From Octopus bimaculoides (lineage: Eukaryota), in contig NC_068989.1 in the NCBI RefSeq assembly GCF_001194135.2, forward strand, positions 48,355,607 through 48,419,606: a DNA stretch of 64,000 nt, given 5' to 3'. Position numbers and translations under genes: made by a program. Below are positions 13,360 through 26,500 of this stretch, piece after piece. The stretch's first letter is position 1; each line of letters opens with the position of its first letter. The notes beneath the pieces are model-generated. The model searched no databases. It was not told the origin of the DNA and saw nothing but the letters and a program-made list of their open reading frames with translations.

Positions 13360-14420
13360 ATTCTGCTTAAAGCATCTCATATAACCTCTTAACTTTTTTA
13401 TTTTTGGGAATTTTCAGAAAACTTTTCCAAATTTGTGTTTTACACACAGAAATGCATATGATTATGCAAAAAATTTCTGAAAATTAAAAAAAGTTATGAG
13501 GGGATACTTAAACCACCCAGATATGTATTTACTTCTCTTTTCACAGTCGAACTGAACTCAAAACCATGTGGTTTGGAAGCAAACTTCAAACCACACAGCC
13601 ATGCCTCCACATATATATTTATACAAAAAGATGTAATGTATACACACACTGAGACACTTCAACTGTCAGTCCTAGTTTCTTGTATTACATTGTATTTTAC
13701 TCCACTTTGATGGTTGGTTGTCAGTTCTCTACAATTATTTGCAAAATGTGTCACAGACATAACTGTATAGTTATGTAGTTTGCATTGCAATGATGTGTTA
13801 GGTTTCTATCTTACTATCACTTTAGGAAGATGCCTCCTACTATAACTGCAGACTAACTGAGCTTTTGGTTGTAACCCATGCCAGTATGGAAAGCGGATGT
13901 TAAATGATGATGATGTATGTAAATGCTCACATTCTGTGTGTCCCTTGCTTGATACTGTGCAAGCAAAAGGATGACACTTACATTTCTTGCAAACAATACT
14001 TCCGGTCATTTTGCTTTTGCAGCGACTCAAGGAATAAAAGAATAATTGCTTATTAAAAAAACAGAGAGACAGAAAGGATATCTGGCAGTAAAATATTCTT
14101 TTCTACTCTAGGCACAAGGCCCGAAATTTTTGGGGAGAGGGCCAGTCGATTAGATTGACCCCAGTATGCAACTGGTACTTAATTTATTGACCCTGAAAGG
14201 ATGAAAGGCAAACTCAACCTTGGCAGAATATGAACTCAGAAAGTAAAGACAGATGAAATACTGCTATGCATTTCACCTAGTGTGCTAACGTTTCTGCCAG
14301 TTCACCACCTTCTGGCCATAAAATATTGCTGCAGTAACTCTCTGTCCAGCCCTTACCAGTAAGGAAAAGATAACATAAAACAAACAACCTAGAGAAAGTG
14401 TCATCTACTATAACCACGGG
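12780..14420 (+). pseudogene. Truncated third SSAT-like copy (upstream region, exon 1 and part of intron 1)
   Basis: Exon 1 12913-12981 reads MVAPTVSWHTTADDCEHIIGLFE|gtatgt. Flanks match 300-520 and 800-1210 of copy 1 and 21678-21780 of copy 2. No downstream exons were found. It abuts a Tc1/mariner fragment on the left and a Gypsy fragment on the right. Confidence 0.75.
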
Positions 14421-14449
14421 TTAACACTGAAATGGGGGATCTGCTCCAT

Positions 14450-15870
14450 TGAAATCAGGATGGATTCGGCTACCACTGACAAGAAGAGGGTGTGAACCAA
14501 AGGGGCTGCGGAAATGCTAGTGAAGCGCTGCCTAGGGATTCTAGGGGAGCTGATTGGCAAGTGCGACCTGAAGCTGAGTGTGGTCTTTGTGCCTTCAGAG
14601 AGAAACAAGGCAGATGCTCTAACCAGGGTAAAAAAGGCCTGGTTACGGAAGCCAGAAGAATCGAAGCAAGGGGTAGCCATGGTGTGTTAGTTAAGTGACT
14701 CCGAGCTAAGGAGACTGCATACCATGCATCATATAAGCATGGATAGGTGCCTGTATCTCACCAGGAGGATTGACGCCAACATTACCAGATGGAGCATCCA
14801 GAAGGTGGTCAGTAACTGTGACAGGTGTCAATCCATCAACCCTGCTCCAGGTGTGCATGAGCAGGGAAACATTTTGGTAGAGCACAACTGGAGACAATTA
14901 GCAGATGGTTGATTGTGGGCTGGGCCACATGGCCATTTGGAGGGAATTGAGGACAGGCACTGCAGATGAGATGGCATGTATTCTAAATGAGGTATTCTTA
15001 GAGTGGGGCTCTATGGATAAATTGCTGATAGACAACAGTACAGCATTTTGTTTGGAAGCACTGAAGGAGATGCTTGACAGGTGGAAAGTGCACCGCTTTT
15101 TCAGAGCAGCATACAGTGGAAATGGTATTGTGAAGAGACATCATCGAACAATCAAGGTCACAATCAAGGAAGTGGTGTTCTGGTACAACATATTGCCTTG
15201 ATCAGGACAGGCCGAAGCGTTCGTGCCACATAGAGCGATATTCAAATATGAATGGTGGCATCTGAGTAAATCATCGAGATTCCCTGTGAAAGAGAGAGGG
15301 CCTGCTTTGGTGGAGATGAGAATTGAAGTCTGGATCTAGACACCAAAGACACGCTGTACAACTCAGTGTAACAGAAGAATAGTGATGGCTGTCAATTTCA
15401 AAAACATCTCTGTGGATGGAATACTGTGTCATGTCTTGGCTGTTTGTAGGATTCTCGCTTCGTCGGATGATGATTGTGAAGAAGAGGAAGAGAACGAGGT
15501 TCCCAGTTTAAGAAGATCACAATATGTAAGGCGCCCACCTAGGTGGGTGGTAGATTTCGACATGGAGTGAAGTGAGGAGGTGATTTTTGAGATCAGGAGG
15601 GCATGTGGGGATGAGCCAGAAGAAGAAGACCATGACGTCAATGGTCAAGGGACTGACCAGAAGAGGAAGTGTGAGAAAGGAAGTGCAGGAGAGGGGGACA
15701 GGAGAAGGTCATCCTCTTTTGGCCGGCCGAGGCATTGCAAACAGACATGAAGGAATTCGCTCTTGGGTTGGAGATAGCAGCTGCTTATACTGGGTGACAG
15801 GGTAGGACAGGATCACCTGAGTGACTACTACTAGATGGGTGCAGACAAGAGAGGAAGGTAGGTGAACCTC
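14450..15870 (+). mobile_element. Gypsy-like LTR retrotransposon relic (RNase H, integrase, start of 3' LTR)
   Basis: VPSERNKADALTRV (RNase H), H..HH..CDRC zinc finger, VDCG..AIWREL, DNSTAF and GNGIVKRHHRTIK (integrase core). A purine-rich tract is followed by TGTGGG at ~15604. Frameshifted. Confidence 0.8.
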
Positions 15871-15873
15871 TTT

Positions 15874-16220
15874 TCATTTCCCACGCACGACAGCGTTATA
15901 TGATTTAAGGATTATATGCGATTCCCTTACACACAATGTAAACCTATCTGAACTATTACCATATGGGGGATCCCTCACAATTATGGACCATGTCAGGTTG
16001 TAAGGCAAGTTACAATCCCTAAGTTTATTTATATATGCTGTTAAGGTAGTGGAATTCTTATAATTAGGGTTTGAAAAGGAATTCAGATGGACCCTATATC
16101 GTCTTTTGCAGTCTATCATACTACCTATACATATATATCTTGTTTTGTCTATTGGGTACACTAACTATACATTTATACACAACATTGTATCAAAGACATA
16201 ATCCAGCAAGTAGACAGGTT
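15874..16220 (-). mobile_element. Penelope-like element GIY-YIG endonuclease fragment
   Basis: YICIGSMIDCKRRYRVHLNSFSNPNYKNSTTLTAYINKLR..LTWSII...LCVRESHII fits the Penelope GIY-YIG pattern. Confidence 0.7.
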
Positions 16221-17065
16221 TTGGGGGCTCTACAGTTACAAATTTTATTCAGTTGCGTCCTACTATTAATGTTCTTATTTATATTTCCAGCATTATTAAT
16301 ATCATCAGATTGGAGTATGGTACCTGGTTTTAAATTCATTAAAGTTTGATTATTATTATACATGTCACTTTTATCTCATATCTTAGTTGTATTAGGAATT
16401 TTTAGATGATTTAGGCAGTCTGCCATTTTGAAGATTGACGTTTTTATTCCTATATCTATCAACCTCTCATTCGTTTTCTGCCTCCTATATTTATCACGCA
16501 TAACTTTTTACATGGAATCCTTATTTATATGTAATTTTATATGTATTTTTATATGCTTTTATATTTCTCTTATATTTTTATGTATGTTTGGTTTTATTCT
16601 TTATATCTTTGGAGAATTTTTATGCCTGGACATGCATGCTTTATATTGATGTATATAAATATATAAGATTCAATTACATTGATCGAATATCTTCATTTAT
16701 GTTCATGTCTTCATTTATTTTCATTTACGTGTTCGGGAATTTGGTTGATTGCGTAGGATTTGTGTTTTCATTTTCCTCTACTTTGTATAAATACACACAC
16801 ACACACACACATATTCACATGCGCGCACACACGCGCACACACGCGCACACGCACACACACACACATATGTAGGTCAAATACTATAATGTTACACTTGTCC
16901 TTCAGCTGATAGTGAAAATGACATTGCCACTTTGAATTACTTGAAATTCAACACTGCATTTCCTATCAACCTCACTATCAGAGAATGAAAAAACAAGCCC
17001 AAATCTTAAGCTGATCCCTTCTCACAATAATTGAACTTTTCTAGAATTTCCATATAGAAACAAAA

Positions 17066-20000
17066 CATCATCATCATCATCATCGTTTAACGTCCGTTTT
17101 CCATGCTGGCATGGGTTGGACTGTTCGACTGGGGTCTGGGAAGCCAGGAGGCTGCACCAGGCCCCAATCTGATCTGGCAATGTTTCTACAGCTGGATGCC
17201 CTTCCTAACGCCAACCACTCCAAGAGTGCTTTTTACGTGCCACCGGCACAAGGGGTCAGAGGAGCTGGCATCGACCACAATCGGATGGTGCTTTTTATGT
17301 GCCACTGGCACGGAAGCCAGTCAAGGTGGCACTGGCATCAGTCATGTTCGGATGGTGCTTTTTACATGCTACCGGCACGGGGCTCACAACTACAATTTCC
17401 ATTTGATTCCATTTTGATATTGATGTTGATGTACTTGACTCAATAGGTCTACTCAAGCACGCCATGTCGCCCTACGATCCAAGGTACTTTTGAGTGGGCC
17501 GGTTATGCGACAGTGGTGTAGGTTACAGCTGTGAACTCACTTTATTTGCCGGGTCTTCTCAGTCACCGCATATCTCCAGAGGTCTCGGTCTTTTGCCATT
17601 GCCTCTGTGAGGCCCAACGTTCGAAGGTCATGCTTCACCACCTCATCCCATGTCTTCCTGGGTCTCCCTCTACCCTGGATTCCTTCCACTGTTTGGGAGT
17701 GGCACTTCTTCACACAGCTCTCCTCATCCATCCACAGTACATGACCACACCAACACAAACATCTCTCTTGCACTCCACATCTGATGCTTCTAATGTCTAC
17801 CATTTCTCTCAAGGCACTTACACTCTGTCATGTGTGCATACTGACATTACACATCCTGCGGATCATGCTAGCTTAATTTCTTTCGAGCCTACGCATGTCT
17901 TCAGCAGTCACAGCCCATGTTTCACTGCCATGAAGCATGGCAGTTCACACACATGCATCATACAATCTATTTTTCACTCTGAGCGAGAGGCCCTATGTCA
18001 CCAGTAGGGGTAGAAACACTCTGACCTTTGCCCAAGCTGTTCTTATTCTAGTGGTAACACTTTCTGAGCATCCAACCTCACTACAGACTTGATAGCGGAA
18101 GCTATAAACTACTTCTAGTTTCTCTCCCTTGCATGTGATGGAGTCTGTTTTCTGAGCGTCTGTGTTGTTTATTGCCTCTGTGCATCTGCTGCATGTGAAA
18201 GCGATTTCCCAGTTAATCTTCCGTTGATGTTGCTGCACCTCTTATGTGTCCATAGTTTACACTGGGTACATCTTATGGAATTTCTACCTACACATTTTCC
18301 ACAGATCGAGCAGGACCACCTACCTGAAGGGGTGTGATGTGTTCACCTTCCTACTTATTAGAACTTTGGTCTTTGCAACATTGACTCTAAGGCCCTTCGA
18401 TTCTAAACCTTGCTTCCAGACTTGAATTTTCTTCTCTTGTTCTGGTAGGAATTCTGCTATGAGGGCCAGATCATCAGTACCGAGGAGTTCCCAGGGACGA
18501 CCTGTCTTGAATTCCTCTGTTATTGCCAGGAGGACTATGATGAATAAGAGGGGGCTAAGGGCTGATCCTTGGTGGACCTCAACTTCTACCCGGAATTCTT
18601 CACTATACTCATTTCCAATCCTAGCCCTATTGACGGCATCTCTGTATAGGGTCTGTACAGCTCTTATTAACCATTCGTCAATCTCCAGTTTCTGTATTGC
18701 TCACCAGATAAGGGATTGGGGGACCCTGTCAAAGGCTTTCTCCAAGTCCACAAAAGCTAAATATAGGGGTTTATCTTTGGCTAGGTATTTCTCCTGCAGT
18801 TGCAGTACCAGAAATATAGCATCAGTGGCACTTCTACCTGGCACAAAACTGAACTGCATCTCATCTAAGCAGACTCTCTCCCTAGTTAGTTGGGCTATGA
18901 CCCTCTCCATGACCTTCATCACCTCATCCAGCAGTTTGATACCCCCTGTAGCTATTTCTATCTAAAGCATCACCTTTACCTTTGTAGCAGTTGACTATGG
19001 TGCTGCTACGCCAGTCATTGGATATGACTCCATCATGAACTACCTGGTTTACAATACAGGTGACTAGGCCAAAGCCCACACCACCAGATGTTTTAAGCAT
19101 CTCAGAGGTGATTCCTGATGGGTTGGGGGCTTTTCCTGGCTTCATATTCTTAATTGCTTTATCTACCAGGGTGCTGTCTATTCGGATAGCTGGTCCCTCT
19201 ACTGGATCAACATTTGGCAGGCTCTCCTCCTCCTACTCATTCTCCACGTTCAACAGTCACAATGGCTCCTCCAAGCCTCTTTCTTTTCCGAATCACTAAA
19301 AGCAAGTGCACCATCATCCATGTGGACATATTTCTCTCCTGTGACATCACAATTTTCTCTCATACACTGTCTCGCAATCTGGAATACTTCAGTTCTTTGG
19401 TCCTCCTGTCACTGGACATTGGCAAACTTCTTCTATTCTGCTTCGCCCTTGGCTATGTATGCCTGTCGCCCAGCCTCCCTTTTGGCTCTCTGGTATGGTT
19501 CCCTGCTACCCCAACCCTTCCAGGCTTTCCAGGCCTGTTTCTTTGCTCTAATGGCATTGTCTACTGTATTATTCCACCACCACGTTACTCTAAGTCTGGA
19601 AGGGACTTTGCACCATTTGCAGACTTGGTCTGTGGCAGTCAGTAAGCTATCCCATAAGAATTTCCAGCTACCCTCTATGTCCAAGGACTGTAGTTCCTCC
19701 TCCCTCTCATCAAATTTCTTGATGAGGATGTCCCTAAATCTCTGACCATGTGAAGGGTTCTTTAGCTTCCAAATCCTTCTCTTGTGGATTGGTCTGCTTC
19801 AAGGCATCCTCCTGGCCTCGACTCAAAAGTCACTAATGACTAGTCTATGTTGGTGGAGTGCATTCCTCACCTGAGAGGGTCTTTGTATTTAAGAGCAACC
19901 CTGCGTCCCACTGTCTGGTGAGGATGAACTCAATCTGGCTAGCAGAGTCCTCTGATTGATAGGTTATCAAGTGGCTGTCTGGCTTCCTGAACTTAGTGTT

Positions 20001-20115
20001 GCAGATCAAAAGGTTACATGCATCACAGAACTCCAGTAGCCTAGTTCCCTCATCGTTCCAAGAACCAATGCCATGGCCCCCGTGTACACCAGATTCCTGC
20101 CCAACATGCCCATTA
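17066..20115 (-). mobile_element. 5'-truncated RTE-clade LINE (APE end, RT, C-terminus, 3' UTR, (GAT)n tail)
   Basis: GKAPNPSGI, KGKGDALDRNSYRG, QFSFVPGRSATDAIF, LYLAFVDLEKAFD, HQGSALSPLLF and CGVQERCLCWCGHV. (CAT)n lies at 17066-17083. Many frameshifts. Confidence 0.9.
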
Positions 20116-20598
20116 AAATGTTCTTAAATAAATTAACAAATGTTCTTATCAAGAACATGGGACAAAACAGTTATCACAGTGCCCCAGCAATCCACTTTGA
20201 AATCCTTTGTCATATGTCCATCATGTATCGATTTTGTTTGGAATAAGCACCTCCTAGAATTCAACAAACCAGGAACCAGTATGATATGCGAACATGAAAC
20301 TTTTATTGCTGGTACACAAGCAACACAACCCTCCAGACAACTGTTTTGCAAATTCAACCATTAACCACGCTGTCTTAAAATTTATATTATCATCATTTTC
20401 CTCTAGATAACCAGAACTAATTTATTTGAAAGTAAAATTTTTTTTCTTTTCTTTTTTACATTTTCTTGACACCTCTGGATTTTCAGATTTAAGATACCGT
20501 TATGAAAGGTTATTATAGTGACTTATTATAGGGACTTGATTGGTCGGAACAAAAATAAAAGAGACTATTCATTGTCAACACCGTGTAATTTCAAGACG

Positions 20599-23500
20599 AT
20601 GGCGCTAATTGCCTCGCGGCATGCAACAGCTGATGACTGTGAATTCATTATTGGTTTATTCGAGGTATGTGTTGAATGTTTTATGTGAACTTTTATATGT
20701 TAATTAATAGGTAATATTTTATGCTAAAAAATGTTTATATCATAAAGTCTTCGAGCGTATTCTTTTTTCTTTATCGTGACGGCCAGAACCGCAGTATGTT
20801 TTCATTTATAAACAAAGTGAGTTCGTTTATTATATTTATTTAGTTTCACCTCTTGCATTGCATCTCTTATCATGCACTCCTTTTCGGACATCCGACTTTA
20901 CGGTCCGAACCAAACCAAAGTAAAAAAATATTTAAAATTTGTAAAATACTTCACTGTTGAAGTCATTTTGCATACATGAACTTTCGACGTATGTTCCGAC
21001 CGTGACTGTCCCATGCGGTTTTGTTTTCAACTTTCTTATTAATAATTAAACAATGCAAAATATATTAAACAAAATTTAATATAATTTGTGATAAATATTA
21101 TTTCAACATAATACAATTCAAAATAAATACTAGTTCGTTTAGAACAAGTTTTACACCTATTACACTATTTTTCTTTTGTTTTTTCGCTCGGGTCAAGCGC
21201 TTTAGTTTAACCAAAATTTGAATTACAATATTTTTGTTGTTGTTGCTTATAATCCACCAATGGACCACGCGTGTGTTATTTGGTTTGGGATGTGCTACAA
21301 ACCCCAGCCAAATCTCCCTTGAATCGTCCACCTTTTCCTCTGAAAACGATACTAATGATATTTATTCGTGTATGTACTCATTTTTTCTTTCTTTTTTTTC
21401 TCTCTTGTTTCAGTCATTTGACTGCGGCCATGCTGGAACACCGCCTTTAGTCGAGCAGATCGACCCCAGGACTTATTCTTTGGAAGCCTAGTACTTATTT
21501 TATCGGTCTCTTTTGCCGAACCGCTAAGTTACGGGGACGTAAACACACCAGCATCGGTTGTCAAGCGATGTTGGGCGGACAAACACACACACACACATAT
21601 ACATATATACGACAGACTTCTTTGAGTTTCCGTCTACCAAATCCACTCACAAGGCTTCAGTCGGCCCGTGGTTATAGGATATCTGGCAGTAAAATATTGC
21701 TGCAATAACTTTTCCAGCAAGGAAAAGTTAACATAAAACGAACGACCTTGTGTGAGTGTTGTCTACTAAAACCACAGGTTGACCAAAGCTTTTTGAGAGG
21801 AAACTAAAAGAAGCATATTGTGAGTGTGTTTGAGTCTTTGTATTTGTATCTCCCCAATTCCAACTTGTTAATTAATGTGGCTTGTGTATATCCCTGTAAC
21901 GTAGCGGTTTGGCAAAAGAGACCGATAGAATAAGTAACAGGCTTTAAAAAAAGTACTGACAGTGTCCCAGCATGGCCATAGTCCAATGTCAGAAACAAGT
22001 AAAAGATACATAAAGACCCACACTACGAAGCACAATGTATTTTACCTCTATTCAACCCAGAAAGACATGAAAACTAACTGAAACTGCTGATGTTAATATT
22101 AAAACATTTTGATTAAAGAAAAAAAAATACCGAGAACCACTTGGATGTTTCCACTGGTAGATGGTTGGGTAGGTTATTGGAAAGAGATATAACAATCAAA
22201 CCTACTGTGTGTGTGTGTGTGTATCTGTAAGAGGGAGAGAGAGATGGTATTCCATCTTGGCCTTCGTCGTAATGGCTAAATACCTAAAGAACACATGGTC
22301 TCCATCTCAGTTTCTTTTAATAAGGTTGATAAACTATTTTTTTTTTTAGCCATAATTCTGATATGTGCCACATTTGGAAAACACCTAAAGACTCATCTCA
22401 CAAATAGTTCTCCCCACTACCTTTATAAAAGGTGTGTGTTATGAGTTTTAAAAAATGTGTAGTGTGGATTTTTTATTTGGTTGATAATCCAAAACGAAAG
22501 AGCAATAGATGGATTTGTTTGGGTGTAAAGCAAAGTGCTCCGAAAGTGAAAGTAAACAACCATAAAATTTATGTAAAAACTACTTTCATAGGTACTGGCA
22601 TTGTTGTATAAGAAGCTTGCTTCCCAACCACATGGTTCTGGGTTCAGTCCCACTACGTGGCACCATGGGTGAAAGTCTTCTACTATAGCCTCCGGCTGAC
22701 CAAAGCCTTGTGAGTGCATTTGTTAGATGGAAACTGAAAGAAGCCTGCCATATATGTATGATTATATGTATATGTTTACATCCCTGTAACTTAGCAGTTT
22801 GGCAAAACAGACTGATAGAATAAGTACTAGACTTACAATTCATATTGTTCCTAAAATACATGTATACTTGGACTGTGGAAAGAGAAATTTATACATGCTT
22901 TATGGCTCAGACCTTTTATCAAGTTAGAGTAGCATTTCCCAACCTGTTTTCTCTCAGGACCCACTATAACTTTCCCAAAAAATGTATGTCTCACTACTTT
23001 TTGGTAAAAAACAACTTTATCTTTAATATCTTATCACGTTTAACATAAAAGAATCTACTCTTTTATTAAGTACTGAGTTCAAAAAAAAGAAGTACATTAT
23101 TGACAAAGAAATAAAAGTTAATCACTTTAATGAGAACCTTGTACCAGGCGACTTCAGCACCAAGCCCTACCACATTTTTCCTTGGTCCCCACCAGTGGGG
23201 TGTATGCCCCACGTTGGGAATCGTTGAGTTAAAAAGAGAAAAGTGAAATTTTAAGAAAAAAATATTACATGCTGTTAGACAGGTGTCATTATAGTTACAG
23301 AGACAGGAAGTGGGAAGGTAGTGGTGGATTTTGAAGAGGGGTGTTGGTGAGTATGGTAGGCATTTTTTTGCCATGAATATGTTGACTGATTTATTGTTTC
23401 AGTATTTAAGGATAAATACTAAATACAGAGACTGATGATAGTTGTGTGAATAGGTCATGATGACTCAGTGATAGTATTAGCTAGATGCCATGCTCTATTA

Positions 23501-26500
23501 TGTGTATCTTGTCATGTTCTAGTTTCTGTAAGAACTTCACGACAAACCAATGATTGGAGCCTCTTCATAATTACTCAACCTGCTAGAAATAGCAGTCCAA
23601 TCTCTAATTACTCCATACTGTCTTGAGAAAGGAAAGACTATATTGAACCATTAATTCTACACACATATGGCCCAGACCATGATTATCAACATGAACATCA
23701 AACTTCAAAAAGTAGTTAGCTATTTAATGGTTTTAGTAAATTTATACAGAAAAAGTAAGCATTATACCATCCAGCATAAATAAAAGTCAACTTCACTATA
23801 TTTTTTCTGTAAAAACCTATTCTGACATTAAATGAGTCAACTTCTGGTATGAATGTTTACATTTGTACATCATTTTTCAACAAAAAAGAATTTCTAAAAA
23901 ATTCTGGAAACTATCTACTCATGTAATTTACGCACCCCCTAAAGTTTATTTTTGTTTTTGCAAAAGAAGTGCGTAAATTACATGGGTTTTTACAGTATAT
24001 TCTATGGCTTTTCAAGGATTCCTGGATGTCTCTTAATACAATCAATTTTCATTATAAAACTGCACCTTGTTGCCAATACCCATGGATGATCTGTATAAAG
24101 CAAACTACAAGGTCTATAACCAAACTGAATTTACATATATATATATAAATTGGAAATGTAAAAATAAAAACAAGACACAAAGGATTCTGTGGTACACGTG
24201 TTTCAAGCTTTTGTTTTTATTTTTACATTTCCAATTTATTCCTTCACCCCGGCCACAATCTGGCATACACAGGTGCTTATAATTATCAAGTATTACCTCT
24301 AACATTTATATATATATATAAATTGGAAATGTAAAAATAAAAACAAGACACAAAGGATTCTGTGGTACACGTGTTTCAAGCTTTTGTTTTTATNNNNNNN
24401 NNNTTAATGCTTAACTTGCTCCAATCAGTCTTGAATGTGAAATAATAATTAGTATATTTACAAACATGAAAATTTTGTTTTGTTGTTTGGTTGCTTACTA
24501 GTCACCAAAGCATAAAGGTGGTGTATTTGGACCAAACAGCTGGTATGAATTTCTGACTGTTGTGATCTGAATTTAACTCTTTAGTATTCAGATTACTCTG
24601 TCAAATACAATACTTATTTATTTTCATTGTTTTGAATTAATCAATCATTATCTCAAGCATTGAGATTTTGATGATGTGATTGCTTATTTTTAGAATGACA
24701 TTGTTGGGTAGGTGTGGGAGGCCAGATCAAGTCATTTTGAACATAAAACATAAATATTTTGGCTGGTTTAAATGCAAAATGGTTAATTCCATTTGTTAAA
24801 ATTCATCTGATTTATGTATCATCATTGTCATCATTATCCCTGTTTTACATATACATTTTCCATGCTGGCATTGGTTAGATTTGTCTCACTGTTTCTCATC
24901 ACTTGTTGTAATTCTTCATAATCTACCACATAGAGAGAAAGCTCTGTGAATTAAGTTCAAGAGTGGCCAAGATTACTTTTGCCTTTCATCCTTTTGAGAT
25001 AGTGGATTGACCAAAATGTAAGAATGTTGGATCCAACACCTTGCAGTGTTTGCTATGGTTCTCGACATTCCAAGCTCAAATCCAGCCTTGACCTACAAAT
25101 TTGCCACCTGGCACTTTGGATGCTTTTATTGAAGTCCATTCTGTTGCATGTATCTGGACCAGGCTTTCAATTTGAGGATGCCTTCTTCCCCTTCACCAAT
25201 GTCAGTGGATCTGTAACAAGTCATAGACACTGCCTTCTCTTGTGACTAAAAGATAAATAAAACCTGCTGATATTTGATGTGTAAGCTCTGTTTGAGTTAG
25301 CCTCTTCAAGGCTGGAATATACTTCAATACCCAACAGTTATTGACACTCTACAAAGCTCAAGTGAGGCCTACAGTAGGGTGTTGCTTTCACATCTAAGAC
25401 AGTGCTGTTGCGATACACACATACATGTTCTAGACTGAATCATGAAAATGGCTATATTGGCTGATTAGCACAAAATCACTTACAGATGCACTCCATGCTC
25501 TGGCCTACAGATGTACTGTCACCTCTGTGCTTGTTCTACTACTATTATCATAGGGATCTTTCTTCTTCACTCCACACAAACATTCCTGTCCTACTCATCT
25601 TTTCCTCTCATCACCCTTGTTTTGTCTAACTCCAGTAGGTCTTGTAATAATCACTACACCAAGTCTTTCCTTCCCAAAATGTTGGCCTTCTTGGAATTCT
25701 ATTCATACTGATGTCTCATCTGCAGATATTGACTTGCAAAGATTCAAGTGGAACCTTAATGGCATCAATCTTGCTGGTCTAAGAAGGTTTGTGAAGGCCA
25801 TGGGCACTGCACCACCTAACGACCTGCAAATATTAAAAAATCATTCAAATACATAAGATTCTTCACTGACCTGTTTTAGCATTTAGTGAAGCTGATAGAA
25901 TTGAATAAGTACATTTGTTGACAAGAGATTCGAGTTCTGAAGTTTTGAGTTAAACATCTTCTCTGAGAGGGAAATTGAAACTGCTCAAGATAGCACTGTT
26001 TCCTCAAACCCTGGGTTTATATATAAAATGTTGTGTAAACTGAAATTTATGGAGACATAGTTGTTGTTTGATTGAAGCTTCTCTACCCGTGTTGTCTACA
26101 AAAGAAAACTGAAATCATCAGTCTTTATTACCTTACTAACACCAATTACTTTACAGTATTTACTGGCTGCATTTATTTCATGACACCACTACTAGTGAGG
26201 TCACCATGCTGCTTGGAACACTATGAACCCTGAGGAGGAGGAGGAGGAGGAGATCAGTTTTATGGTAAAGGACAAGGGGTTAAAGAATGAGAGGTGGGGT
26301 GTGGACAGAGGAGGTTCTTTACAGTAGGATGGTTACTCGCATTTAGTAAGAGAGTAAGAGGAAGATCAGTAGGAGCTTCAAATAGATAGTGGAGATGAGA
26401 CGTCCTGGTGATCTCCACCCCTCAAGGCAAGAGGTGAGTAGAAGTAGGTGGGTCGAAAGTTCGCAAGATTGTATTGAGGTACAGAGGATGGAAACTAAGA

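Noticed and set aside
18459-19745. Plus-strand ORFs of 140-170 aa
   Set aside because: They are antisense shadows of the minus-strand RTE ORF2.
24121-24393. Near-identical tandem duplicate (~90 bp repeated at ~185-bp spacing) just before a gap
   Set aside because: It is next to a contig end and begins in an (AT)n tract, so it is probably a mis-assembly.
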